From Bacilli bacterium (GTDB lineage: Bacteria > Bacillota_I > Bacilli_A > RFN20 > CAG-826), in contig JBAYBO010000002.1 in assembly GCA_041669225.1 (NCBI GenBank), positions 1 to 43,056 of the forward strand: a stretch of DNA of 43,056 bases. The letters run 5' to 3'. Below, piece by piece: positions 1-8,922 of the stretch. Position 1 is the first letter of the stretch; each line of letters begins with the position of its first letter. The notes beneath the pieces were generated by a model, which was not told the origin of the DNA, ran no database searches, and worked only from the letters and a program-made list of their open reading frames with translations. The position numbers and the translations under genes were made by a program.

Positions 1-35
1 GCTTTACGATTGAATTTGACGAGTTTGTCCTTCAT
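1..35 (-). CDS. 5' end (11 codons, MKDKLVKFNRK...) of a gene running off the window; it sits where ftsL follows rsmH in many Firmicutes
   Basis: ATG at 35..33 is preceded by AAGGAG (46..41, minus strand) with a 5-nt spacer. Too short to identify by sequence. Confidence 0.35.
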   Translation of the reverse strand, partial: MKDKLVKFNRK

Positions 36-37
36 TT

Positions 38-979
38 CTACTCCTTGATTCGTTCTATTGCTCTTAGTTTTGCACTACGCGAGCGAGGATTACGAGTAAT
101 CTCTTTGGCTGATGGGGTGAGTATTTTGCGATGAACGAGACGGAACTTTGGCATCTCTTCTTCCTTTGGAAGTGAGAAGACATTTCGTCTGGTTCCTTCA
201 ACGACCGTTGCTCGGCGAAACGCTTCTTTGACGAGACGGTCTTCAAGTGACTGGAAGGAAATAATAACTAGCCGACCACCGACATTGAGGAGTTTAAGTG
301 CGTCCTTAACCGTGATCTCGAGGGCTCCCAATTCATCATTTACTTCGATACGCAACGCTTGAAATACTTGCTTAGCGGGATGTCCTTTTTTAGCCAGTTC
401 CTTCATCGGCTTAGCCGACTTGATGAGGTCAACAAGTTGCTGAGTCGTAACGATAGGGGCACTAATTCGTGCTTCGGTAATCTTCCGGGCGATTTGATAT
501 GCGTATTTATCTTCGCCATATTCTCCGAAGATGCGCGTCAAGTCCGAGACACTATAAGTATTAACAATCTCATAGGCCGTTAATGAATTGCGCTCATCCA
601 TTCGCATGTCGAGGCGGGCATTACTGCGATACGAGAAGCCACGCTCAGAGTCATCGAATTGAGGAGAGGAGACACCGAGATCCATCATGATCCCATCAAC
701 TTTTTGAATGTTGAGTGTGTATAGAACTTCTTTGAAGTTACGAAAGTTATCGTGAACTGTCTCGAAGTTACTACCAATTTTGGAGAGGGCGATTTTCGAA
801 TTTTCAATCGCTTGCGCGTCTTGATCGAATCCGATAAGTTTACCCTTACGATTAAGTTGAGCGAGGATTTGGCTGGCGTGTCCTGCTCTTCCTAAGGTGA
901 GATCAACATATATGCCACTTGGCCTAACGTTAAGGGCAGCGATAGCTTCGTCTAATAAGACGGGAATGTGCTCGTCCAT
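38..979 (-). CDS. rsmH: 16S rRNA (cytosine1402-N4)-methyltransferase RsmH
   Basis: 313 aa. N-terminal HIPVLL..E....L....G.YVD.T.G.GGHS-like motif, an SSPQ(F)D motif, and position directly downstream of mraZ. Confidence 0.95.
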   Translation of the reverse strand: MDEHIPVLLDEAIAALNVRPSGIYVDLTLGRAGHASQILAQLNRKGKLIGFDQDAQAIENSKIALSKIGSNFETVHDNFRNFKEVLYTLNIQKVDGIMMDLGVSSPQFDDSERGFSYRSNARLDMRMDERNSLTAYEIVNTYSVSDLTRIFGEYGEDKYAYQIARKITEARISAPIVTTQQLVDLIKSAKPMKELAKKGHPAKQVFQALRIEVNDELGALEITVKDALKLLNVGGRLVIISFQSLEDRLVKEAFRRATVVEGTRRNVFSLPKEEEMPKFRLVHRKILTPSAKEITRNPRSRSAKLRAIERIKE

Positions 980-981
980 AT

Positions 982-1407
982 TTATTGGACGGGAAGTTTT
1001 TCAGCTTTGGCTTCATAATCTTTTTCGTTTTGTTTAAGATAATTCTCCCAAGCTGAAGCATCCCAGATTTCAAAGTGATTAATAACGCCAACAACGACCA
1101 CACTTCGTGAAATCTTATAATCGCTTAACAACTTGCTCGGAAGCTGAATACGTCCTTGAGCATCGACTTCTAATTCCACGACACTCGCTAGAGTGATGCG
1201 TTGTACATCACGAGAGTCGCGCTGGTTATATGGGAGATTATCTAAAGCGCTAGTCAGTTTTTGGAAATCAGCTTCTCTGTAGACGCTGAGAGAGCCTTCA
1301 TATCCTTTAAGAATATAAAGACGACCGCCGGCTTCATTCCGCATCTTAGCGGGAATCATCAAGCGTCCTTTATTATCGAGGGTATGAGAATAGCTTCCAA
1401 AGAACAT
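982..1407 (-). CDS. mraZ: Transcriptional regulator MraZ
   Basis: MFFGSYSHTLDNKGRLMIP... with duplicated SpoVT/AbrB-like halves. I prefer the ATG at 1407 over the track's GTG at 1416 because MraZ proteins begin MF(M/L)G and GGAGG lies at 1424..1420. Confidence 0.93.
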   Translation of the reverse strand: MFFGSYSHTLDNKGRLMIPAKMRNEAGGRLYILKGYEGSLSVYREADFQKLTSALDNLPYNQRDSRDVQRITLASVVELEVDAQGRIQLPSKLLSDYKISRSVVVVGVINHFEIWDASAWENYLKQNEKDYEAKAEKLPVQ

Positions 1408-1412
1408 ATCTA

Positions 1413-1438
1413 CCACTTACCTCCACTTCTTACCACTT
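1413..1438 (-). promoter_or_regulatory. Putative MraZ operator: three direct AAGTGG repeats with exact 10-bp phasing
   Basis: The minus strand reads cTAAGTGGtaaGAAGTGGaggTAAGTGGtagatATG. On the plus strand, ccactt occurs at 1413-1418, 1423-1428 and 1433-1438. A fourth related box, AAGTGT, lies at 1477-1482. Confidence 0.6.
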
Positions 1439-1447
1439 AGCACTCAT

Positions 1448-1477
1448 ATTATACGCACAAGGATTAAAACATGTAAA
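1448..1477 (-). promoter_or_regulatory. Candidate sigma-A promoter of the mraZ-rsmH operon
   Basis: Minus strand: TTTACA (1477..1472), an 18-nt spacer, then TATAAT (1453..1448). Confidence 0.45.
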
Positions 1478-1582
1478 CACTTAAAAAAGTCCTAACAAAA
1501 TTGTCAGAACATAATTAATCAATATTGTTTAATATATTAAACACCAAAAGTCTATTAGTATTTATTTAGTATTATTTTGGCA

Positions 1583-2089
1583 TTAATTATCTTCATCATT
1601 GAAGTCAATTTCATCTAATTTGGCAAAACGTGAATCCCCACTTTGACTCCGTTCTTTGAGCAATTGCGCATCATCAATAATGCGGTAACCATCGCCGCTT
1701 TTAGGTAACTCGGCTCCTGGTTTGATCGGTTTAATCGGTAGGTCTGAAGAAATAAGGGCAAAAAGAATTTGTTCGAGTTCAATATCATCGCCAGGAATGA
1801 TGATTGCCTCGTCCTCATCTTCATACTTGTCGCTAATCAATACCTCTTCATGAATTAATAATTCATGATTAAATGGTTTAAGCGTGTACGAACACTCTAA
1901 AACGGCGATGACTTGGAGATCAGCATTAATTCGAATAAAATTCCGGTATTTCGTAATTTCAACATTACCATAACATTTTTTAATACTTAAAAATGGACTT
2001 ACAAAATTAAAATGCTTTTTCTCAAAAAGAAATTCTTTTTGAATTGGGATTGTTTTATCAAGAATTAATTTTGATTTAGAAATAATCAT
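1583..2089 (-). CDS. YceD/DUF177-family protein (no Cys cluster)
   Basis: 168 aa with an acidic C-terminus and a ...DSRFAKLDEI... tail resembling the DPRWAxLxxL motif of DUF177. No rpmF follows it here. Confidence 0.6.
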   Translation of the reverse strand: MIISKSKLILDKTIPIQKEFLFEKKHFNFVSPFLSIKKCYGNVEITKYRNFIRINADLQVIAVLECSYTLKPFNHELLIHEEVLISDKYEDEDEAIIIPGDDIELEQILFALISSDLPIKPIKPGAELPKSGDGYRIIDDAQLLKERSQSGDSRFAKLDEIDFNDEDN

Positions 2090-2093
2090 ATGT

Positions 2094-4493
2094 TTAAGTT
2101 CGGCGAATTATGCCAAATTTTATATTTAGATTTTCTAAGACTGCCGTTTCAATCGCGTTGACCTCTTCGTCTTTTAATGTGCGATCTTCGCGTTCATAGG
2201 TAACAGTTAAGGCAATCGACTTGTAGCCTTCCTCGATTCCTTCACCGCTATAAATATCGAAGATATCAACATTTTTGATAATCCGATCAATCGCAAGAAT
2301 TGATTTGCTTATAGCTTGAGCAGTAACTTGATTTGATACAACAAGAGAAAGATCGCGTTGGACGGAGGGAAAACGAGAGAAACTTTTAAAGGTTGTCTGC
2401 CCGTTTTCTAATGAAAGCAAGGAAATAAGGTCTACCTCTAGAACAAAAACATTGTTTTTGCCTAGATCATATTTGCTAATTGCCGCGGGATGTAATTCAC
2501 CGAGATAACCGGCAATTTTGCCGTTAATTTTTAGAAAAGCTGAACGACCGGGATGCAGTTCATTTTGTTCACTCTCGAGTTTTTCCAAACTATAACGCGA
2601 TTCTTTAATACCAAGAACATTGGCAATGCCTTCGATAAAACCTTTAAGGTGATAAAAAGAATACGGGACTTCGCCAAGATGGTGATGATAGAGATCGTTT
2701 CCAACCAAAACTAAACCGAGACGAGTGGTGCTTTCCATGGTCGAATCGATATCACTTACTTCGTAAATAGCTAAATCTTTATTGCAACGAGCGAGATTAT
2801 AGCTCGCAATTTTAAGTAATGAAGGCATAAGGCTGAGGCGCATATATTCATGTTCGTCAGTTAAAGGATTAATTAAGCGATGAGCTTCTCCTTTGCCAAG
2901 TAAGTTTAAACCATTGAGCTCTTCTTTTTTGACAAGCGAGTACGTTAAAACTTCATTTACGCCTTGATTAGTCAAATAACGCCGAATGGTATTTATATGC
3001 CGTTTATCCTTTGGATAACCTCCGACTGTAACTTGCAGTGAAGGCAAAATATTAGCAATCTTATCAAGACCGAGAATGCGAATGACTTCTTCGCTAATAT
3101 CAGCTTCGCCGTCGACATCAATTCGCCATGAAGGTATTTCAACTTTGAAATCATCGCGATTTAATATTTCGACTTTCATCCAGTCGCGTTTAAGAGTATC
3201 GACTATTTCCGCCTGCAAAAAATTAGTGCCAAGACGATCGTTAATATAAGAAACTGACGTGGTAATAGCGGGTGTCGTCTTGACTGGTCGCTCATCATAA
3301 GTGACAGTCTGCTCAACATCCTTTGTTTTACAAAGACTGATAATCAAATCCGTCGCCAAACCCATTACTTCGTCATATTGATAAGGATTAATTCCTTTGA
3401 TAAACCGCGCTGAAGAATCACTGGCAAGACTTAAGCGCGTTGAAGTGCGACGAATAGCGTCAAAGGCAAAATTGGCGACTTCCACCACAATATTTTTTGT
3501 TGTTTTATCAACGGCTGAAGCTAATGAGCCCATAATGCCACCCAAACACATAACCCTATTATCGCTAGTAATCGCAATATCGCCTTTTTGAACTGCATAT
3601 TCGTTTTCGTCCAAAGCGACAAACTTACCGACATAATCATCTTTAATGATAAGTTCGGCTTTGGGTAGTTTATCCAAATCATACATATGGAGAGGTTGAC
3701 CGGTTAAAAGCATGATGTAGTTTCCGATATCAACAATGTTATTAATTGAACGAACACCCATGCTTTGCAGGGCTTGCTTCAACCAAGTTGGTGATGGTCC
3801 AACTTTAATGTTTTTGATTACGCGTCCGGAAAATTGCGGACACGAAGGTGTTAACGAGGAAACAACAAACGATGTTTTGCTCAAATTAAGTGTATTAGGA
3901 CGGGGAACATTCACTTCTCTTTTATAAAGAGTCGATATTTCACGGGCAACGTTAAGTATACTATGAAGATCACTGCGATTAGCGAGAAGTTTCAAATCGA
4001 GAATTGTGTCATCAAGACCTAAATATTCTAAGACATTCTCATTTCCGACCACTGCGTTTTCATCAAGTTCTTCAATCCCCTCAATTTGCTTAGTATTTAA
4101 AAACTTCGCGTCGACGCCGAGTTCAAGCATTGAACAAATCATGCCTTGGCTTTCTATTCCGCGAATAACGCCTTTGCTTATTTTTCCCCCAGGCAATATT
4201 GCTCCATCTAAGGCCACGATGACTTTTTGTCCTTGACGAACATTTGGAGCACCGCATACAATCTGTAAAACACCATGTTTGCTTCCGGTATTTACTTTAG
4301 TAAGTGACAAGTGATCGCTATTGGGATGAGCGATACACTCAATGACTTCGCCAATGACTAGATTAGTGGCTGTCGATAACTGAGTAACGGCCTCAACTTC
4401 AACCCCGGCAAAGGTGAGACGATCAGCGAGTTCACTCGCTAAAATATCATCAATATTAATGTATTTTTTAATCCAATTAAGACTAACTTTCAT
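2094..4493 (-). CDS. pheT: Phenylalanine--tRNA ligase beta subunit
   Basis: 799 aa. N-terminal tRNA-binding OB domain (VIGEVIECIAHPNSDHLSLTKV...QIVCGAPNV), B3/4, B5 and C-terminal FDX-ACB domains. Directly downstream of pheS. Confidence 0.97.
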   Translation of the reverse strand: MKVSLNWIKKYINIDDILASELADRLTFAGVEVEAVTQLSTATNLVIGEVIECIAHPNSDHLSLTKVNTGSKHGVLQIVCGAPNVRQGQKVIVALDGAILPGGKISKGVIRGIESQGMICSMLELGVDAKFLNTKQIEGIEELDENAVVGNENVLEYLGLDDTILDLKLLANRSDLHSILNVAREISTLYKREVNVPRPNTLNLSKTSFVVSSLTPSCPQFSGRVIKNIKVGPSPTWLKQALQSMGVRSINNIVDIGNYIMLLTGQPLHMYDLDKLPKAELIIKDDYVGKFVALDENEYAVQKGDIAITSDNRVMCLGGIMGSLASAVDKTTKNIVVEVANFAFDAIRRTSTRLSLASDSSARFIKGINPYQYDEVMGLATDLIISLCKTKDVEQTVTYDERPVKTTPAITTSVSYINDRLGTNFLQAEIVDTLKRDWMKVEILNRDDFKVEIPSWRIDVDGEADISEEVIRILGLDKIANILPSLQVTVGGYPKDKRHINTIRRYLTNQGVNEVLTYSLVKKEELNGLNLLGKGEAHRLINPLTDEHEYMRLSLMPSLLKIASYNLARCNKDLAIYEVSDIDSTMESTTRLGLVLVGNDLYHHHLGEVPYSFYHLKGFIEGIANVLGIKESRYSLEKLESEQNELHPGRSAFLKINGKIAGYLGELHPAAISKYDLGKNNVFVLEVDLISLLSLENGQTTFKSFSRFPSVQRDLSLVVSNQVTAQAISKSILAIDRIIKNVDIFDIYSGEGIEEGYKSIALTVTYEREDRTLKDEEVNAIETAVLENLNIKFGIIRRT

Positions 4494-4504
4494 GTTCTCA
4501 TCCT

Positions 4505-5545
4505 CTACTTTCTGACAAATTGCTTTAAAAAGCGGACATCATTTTGATAAAAACGCCGAATGTCATCAACTTTATAGCGAAGCATGGCGACGCGTTCAAT
4601 CCCGATGCCAAAGGCAAAACCAGAATAAATCGTCGGATCATAACCAGACATTTGCAAAACGTTGGGGTGAACCATGCCAGCTCCTAAGATTTCGATATAG
4701 CCGGTATCTTTACAAGTCGAACAACCTTTTCCGCCGCACTCCGCACAAGAAACTTGGACTTCAACGGAAGGTTCCGTAAACGGAAAATAGGAACTGACGA
4801 GACGAATTTCGCGTTTAGGACCAAACATTTTTTTGATGAATAAATCAAGCGTAGCTTTTAAATGCGCCAGATTAATATTCTTGCCGACAAGTAACCCTTC
4901 GATTTGTCCGAATTGATGGGAATGAGTCATGTCATCGTTATCGCGACGATAGCATTTGCCGGGACAAACGACTTTGACCATCTCTCCTTTTTTTTCTTCC
5001 ATCGCCCGAGCTTGGGCCGGAGAAGTGTGAGTTCTCAATAACAGGTTTTCGCTAATATAAAACGAATCCTGCATATCGCGCGAGGGATGATTCTTTGGAA
5101 TATTCATCAATTCAAAATTATAGTGATCAGTTTCGACATCGCGACCCTCTTTTACTTCGTAACCCATGCTAATAAAAATATCTAAAATCTCATCGCGAAT
5201 TAAAAAGACGGGATTAGTGCCACCGGCATTTTTATTAATTCCCGGTAGAGTAATATCAATTTGTTGACTCGCCAACTGGGCGGCCACTTCTTCGCTAAGA
5301 AAATTATGCATCTTTTCGTCGTACAAATTATTAAGTTCCTGACGAATCGTGTTGATCGTTTGACCAAACCGCGCTTTGTCTTCGCCCGAAAAATTTTTAA
5401 TTAACGCCATCATATTATTAATTTCCGCTTTTTTGGATAGATAAATGTTACGCACTTCTACTAAAGCGTTTTTACTGGCAGCTTTGCTAATTTCTTCACT
5501 AATTTTCTGTTTTAATTGCTCCAGTTTAGCGATTTCTTGTTCCAT
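4505..5545 (-). CDS. pheS: Phenylalanine--tRNA ligase alpha subunit
   Basis: 346 aa. Class II motifs (HPSRDMQDSFY, LLRTHTSPAQAR, FGIGIERVAML). GGAGG lies at 5557..5553. Confidence 0.97.
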   Translation of the reverse strand: MEQEIAKLEQLKQKISEEISKAASKNALVEVRNIYLSKKAEINNMMALIKNFSGEDKARFGQTINTIRQELNNLYDEKMHNFLSEEVAAQLASQQIDITLPGINKNAGGTNPVFLIRDEILDIFISMGYEVKEGRDVETDHYNFELMNIPKNHPSRDMQDSFYISENLLLRTHTSPAQARAMEEKKGEMVKVVCPGKCYRRDNDDMTHSHQFGQIEGLLVGKNINLAHLKATLDLFIKKMFGPKREIRLVSSYFPFTEPSVEVQVSCAECGGKGCSTCKDTGYIEILGAGMVHPNVLQMSGYDPTIYSGFAFGIGIERVAMLRYKVDDIRRFYQNDVRFLKQFVRK

Positions 5546-5549
5546 CGCT

Positions 5550-5762
5550 TTTCCTCCTAAAAAAATAATGACACTTCAGGAACGAATTTCTCCGTGGTGC
5601 CATCCTTCTTCGCAGCCTATTGCTACGCACTAGATCTTAACGCGATTAACGGGACATAGTCCATACTCAGAGGTGAATTCGCCGCTTCGATTAGAGATGG
5701 GTCACACTTCTTCCATCCTCCCTGACTAATTTTTTATCGGTTACTATTTCTCATCAACGTAT
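5550..5762 (-). promoter_or_regulatory. T-box leader (Phe specifier UUC) controlling pheST
   Basis: The minus strand carries a T-box core, GGATGGCACCACGG (5605..5592). Its 3' half can pair with CCTGAAGTGTCAT (5580..5568), followed by T7 (5565..5559), giving a terminator. Specifier context is GCGAA-UUC-A (UUC = 5677..5675). An extended -10, TGtTATAAT, has its TATAAT at 5773..5768. Confidence 0.8.
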
Positions 5763-5840
5763 GAGATATTATAACATAATGTTAAGATGCTGCCTATTTT
5801 TTATCAAGTGGCTTTTGCTTATAAAGCAAGGAGCCGTCGT

Positions 5841-6569
5841 TTATTTACGGTTTAATTCGTAAAGAACAATGCCGGTGGCCACTGCCACATTTAAAGAATC
5901 GATGCCCGAGATATTAATTTTGACTTTGTCATCTGAAGCCTCGAGAAGCCGTGAATTCACGCCACGAGATTCATTGCCGACAATTACTACATATTTATCC
6001 TTTTTTGTGAGATTAGACAAATCGACACTATCTTTAAGCGAGGTTACAATCAACTTGTAGCCTTGGTTATGAAGACTAATTATTTCTTCATGAGCCATTT
6101 CCACTAAGTTGAGAGCAAAAATCGCTCCTTGCGAGGCACTGATGGCTTTATCGTTATATGGCGAGACACAGTTAGGCGAAAGAATGATATCGCGATAACC
6201 AAACGCGAGAGCCGTTCTTAAAATCGTTCCCATGTTTCCGGGGTCACTAATATCGTCAAGATAAAGAAGGCGCAAAGAAGAAAGTGCTAGAGGTTTAGCA
6301 ATTTTGCATACCGCGACTACACCTTGAGGATTTTTGCTGGCTGCGAGTTTACGAATAATACATTCATTGACGATATATTGATCAACATTTTGATTTTCAA
6401 TTGGATTTATCGCAAAAAGATAGTCAACACGGTTTTGTTTCACCGCCATTTCTAGAAGATGAAAACCCTCGACAAGATAGAGGCCGCTGTCTTTTTGATA
6501 TTTGATTGCCTTTAGTTTCGCCGCCTCAACCACGCGACGATTATCTTTCGAAGTTACTTTGTAAATCAT
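5841..6569 (-). CDS. TrmH/SpoU-family RNA 2'-O-methyltransferase (YsgA-like)
   Basis: 242 aa with SpoU motifs (DPGNMGTILRTA, VIVGNESRGV, LNVAVATGI). Same position next to pheST as B. subtilis ysgA. Confidence 0.85.
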   Translation of the reverse strand: MIYKVTSKDNRRVVEAAKLKAIKYQKDSGLYLVEGFHLLEMAVKQNRVDYLFAINPIENQNVDQYIVNECIIRKLAASKNPQGVVAVCKIAKPLALSSLRLLYLDDISDPGNMGTILRTALAFGYRDIILSPNCVSPYNDKAISASQGAIFALNLVEMAHEEIISLHNQGYKLIVTSLKDSVDLSNLTKKDKYVVIVGNESRGVNSRLLEASDDKVKINISGIDSLNVAVATGIVLYELNRK

Positions 6570-7246
6570 ACGAATTCTCCTTTTTTAAGTTTCTTAACTA
6601 TTATTTTATAATTTGGGCAATACTTATATAGTTCACGATAAAAAGCTTCTCCATGATTAAAATATCGATCATGAGCAAGTTCGTGAATGACAATCGCATC
6701 AATAACTTCTGGATGAAAATGAATAAGCCGAAGTTGAAAACTTAAAGCGTGGGTCTTGCGCGAATTCGTGCCATAGCGCGTTTTCATATCGCGAACTTTG
6801 ATTTCATATGGTTTTCGTATTCTCATTATCAATTCATAATGTCTGACACGTTCCGTGAAGTAATCTTTGGCAAATTTTCGAAGTTTCTTATTGAAATCGT
6901 TTTGATTTTTATAATATAAAGAGCCGTCAAAAGCAAATATATTTTTTAGCGATACTCCTTCAAACAACTTCCATAATTCACCGAGAAGATATACTTGATT
7001 ATCAACAAAAGGATTTGTATTTTGCGCGTGTTTTGCTAACAAACGCTCATAAAACTTATCTAGATAAGCAAAGATTGTCGCATCTTTAGTTTTTCTTGGC
7101 GCGCTGACATAAAAAATGTTATCGCGAAAACGGAAAATGACATGCTTGATTTTTTTAATCGTCACAACCACGCGATATTGTTGATTGTTTCGGGTGTAAG
7201 ACAGCTCATGAACCATGCTATAAGTATAAGCGCATCGGCAAAACAT
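6566..7246 (-). CDS. YgjP/DUF45-family zinc metallohydrolase (M48-like)
   Basis: C-terminal ...VIHELAHDRYFNHGEAFY... contains HExxH plus a downstream H/E. Its TGA stop overlaps the downstream ATG (ATGA). The start is uncertain (7246 or 7216) and neither has a clear SD. Confidence 0.7.
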   Translation of the reverse strand: MFCRCAYTYSMVHELSYTRNNQQYRVVVTIKKIKHVIFRFRDNIFYVSAPRKTKDATIFAYLDKFYERLLAKHAQNTNPFVDNQVYLLGELWKLFEGVSLKNIFAFDGSLYYKNQNDFNKKLRKFAKDYFTERVRHYELIMRIRKPYEIKVRDMKTRYGTNSRKTHALSFQLRLIHFHPEVIDAIVIHELAHDRYFNHGEAFYRELYKYCPNYKIIVKKLKKGEFV

Positions 7247-7322
7247 AAAAAGTCTAAAACCATGAAAATATACTTTTTTTATTAGTTGTCCTTATGAGCT
7301 GATAATTATACAATTATAAAGT

Positions 7323-7787
7323 ATGAAAAAAGTTCTCATCAGCGCCTGTCTTATCGGCGATAAAGTTCGTTACGACGGTAAGGATAATTTGAGTCCCTAC
7401 ATTGAGCAGTTAATGCAGCTTTTTGAACTCATCCCTTTTTGCCCGGAAGTCGAAGGCGGGTTAAGCATTCCTCGCATTCCCAGCGAAATCCGTAAAGGCC
7501 GTGTTTATAATCAAGAAAGAAAAGAAGTAACAAAATACTTTTTACTCGGGGCGAACAAAGCCCTGAATATATGTCGGTACTTGCAAATCGAGTTGGCGAT
7601 TCTAAAAGAAGATTCACCCTCTTGTGGAGTTAAAAGCGTTTATGATGGTACCTTCAATCGTCGCAAAATCGCAGGTCAAGGCATCACAACCGCTCTCCTT
7701 CGCCGCAACGGGATTGAAGTAATAAGCGAACACGATATACCGGCGCTTCTTGAAAAGTTAACAAACAAAAAGGATGTCACGAACTAA
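7323..7787 (+). CDS. DUF523-family protein (TudS-like Fe-S thiouracil desulfidase family)
   Basis: 154 aa. Three conserved Cys contexts: ISACLIG, FCPEVEGG and DSPSCGV. Confidence 0.7.
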   Translation: MKKVLISACLIGDKVRYDGKDNLSPYIEQLMQLFELIPFCPEVEGGLSIPRIPSEIRKGRVYNQERKEVTKYFLLGANKALNICRYLQIELAILKEDSPSCGVKSVYDGTFNRRKIAGQGITTALLRRNGIEVISEHDIPALLEKLTNKKDVTN

Positions 7788-7806
7788 ACGCGTCATCCTT
7801 TTTTAA
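7771..7806. terminator. Hairpin flanked by A- and T-runs between convergent genes (likely bidirectional terminator)
   Basis: aaaAGGATGtcACGaactaaaCGcgtCATCCTtttttaat. It overlaps the stop codon of the DUF523 gene. Confidence 0.5.
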
Positions 7807-7821
7807 TAAAATTAAACAGAA

Positions 7822-8910
7822 TTATTGATACTTAGAGGCTTTGATTTCGGCCAAAGTATCTTTATCAATTGCCTTAACGACTTCGGTTAAAAGTTTTACG
7901 GCTTCAAGATAGTCATCATAGTTAATCAGCGAGACATGACTATGAAAATAGCGGCATGGAATTGAAATTGTCATCGTGACGACACCATTATATTGTTTAT
8001 GTATCTCGCCCGAATCCGTTCCACCAGCTGTCATTAAATCAAACGTATATTTAATTCCTTTTTCTTTGGCTATCTTTTCGACAAAGTCGAATAAACCGCG
8101 ATGGGCGATGACGGAACCATCCATAATCGAAAGCGCGACACCAGCTCCAAGTTTGGTCGGATGACTTGGTGCGCCAGGAAGATCATAAGACATCGTCACG
8201 TCTAAAGCAAAAGCGACATCGGGTTTAACATGATATGCCGCAGTACGAGCACCTCTTAAACCAACTTCTTCCTGAACAGTACCGGCGGCAACGACTGTCG
8301 CCTTGTGATCAACGTCTTTTAAATTTTGAAGTACTTCGATGGCCACCGCTGCGCCTAAACGATCATCCCAAGCTTTGCCTAAGAGCGTTTTACCATCATT
8401 CATGACACGGAAAGGGGTATACGGAGTAATCATATCTCCAACGCGAATACCGAGCTTTTCGACATCGGCCTTTGAACCGACACCAATATCAATGTACATA
8501 TCTTTGATTTCCATGACTTTGTTACGCTGTTCGGGGGTCATGCCGTGCGGAGGTTGAGCTCCGACAACGCCAATGATCTTATGACCATCAGAAGCGGTAA
8601 TGCGAACTGTTTGAGCAAGGACGACGTGTCCCCACCATCCGCCGATTGGATGAAAGCGAATAAATCCGGAATCTTCAATGCGATGGACTAAGAAACCGAC
8701 TTCGTCGATATGACCTGAGAGCATGATGACCGGTTCGCCTTCTTTTCCATTCTTGTAAGCTAAAACTGAACCGAGATTATCATATTCAATCCGATCAGAA
8801 GAGCTTTCGACATGTTGTTTAAATAATTTGGCGGCGTCTTTTTCGCGTCCGGAGACACCTTCGACTTCGCTCATTTGCCGTAAAAACTGTAATCTTTCTT
8901 CCTGAGTCAT
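7822..8910 (-). CDS. M42-family glutamyl aminopeptidase (YsdC/PepA-like)
   Basis: 362 aa. Metal-ligand contexts SGHIDEVGF, WDDRLG, VQEEVGLRGA, ALDVT and FHSH. Confidence 0.88.
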   Translation of the reverse strand: MTQEERLQFLRQMSEVEGVSGREKDAAKLFKQHVESSSDRIEYDNLGSVLAYKNGKEGEPVIMLSGHIDEVGFLVHRIEDSGFIRFHPIGGWWGHVVLAQTVRITASDGHKIIGVVGAQPPHGMTPEQRNKVMEIKDMYIDIGVGSKADVEKLGIRVGDMITPYTPFRVMNDGKTLLGKAWDDRLGAAVAIEVLQNLKDVDHKATVVAAGTVQEEVGLRGARTAAYHVKPDVAFALDVTMSYDLPGAPSHPTKLGAGVALSIMDGSVIAHRGLFDFVEKIAKEKGIKYTFDLMTAGGTDSGEIHKQYNGVVTMTISIPCRYFHSHVSLINYDDYLEAVKLLTEVVKAIDKDTLAEIKASKYQ

Positions 8911-8922
8911 ATTTATTACCTC

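Noticed and set aside
6892-6905. Two near-cre sequences (13 of 14 matches) lie inside coding regions: TGAAATCGTTTTGA at 6892-6905 in the DUF45 gene, and TGTAAACGATATAA at 38234-38247 within tyrS.
   Set aside because: Both miss the conserved C at position 13 and lie deep inside CDSs. They are compatible with chance in 43 kb scanned on two strands. I found no cre-like site in the ackA or glgB promoter region either.
7822-8910. The two equal-length (362 aa) M42 peptidase genes (7822-8910 and 41575-42663) could be a recent duplication or a repeat.
   Set aside because: The proteins share only family-level motifs and differ over most of their length. They match the distinct B. subtilis paralogs ysdC and ytoP by neighbourhood. 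They are not a DNA-level repeat.
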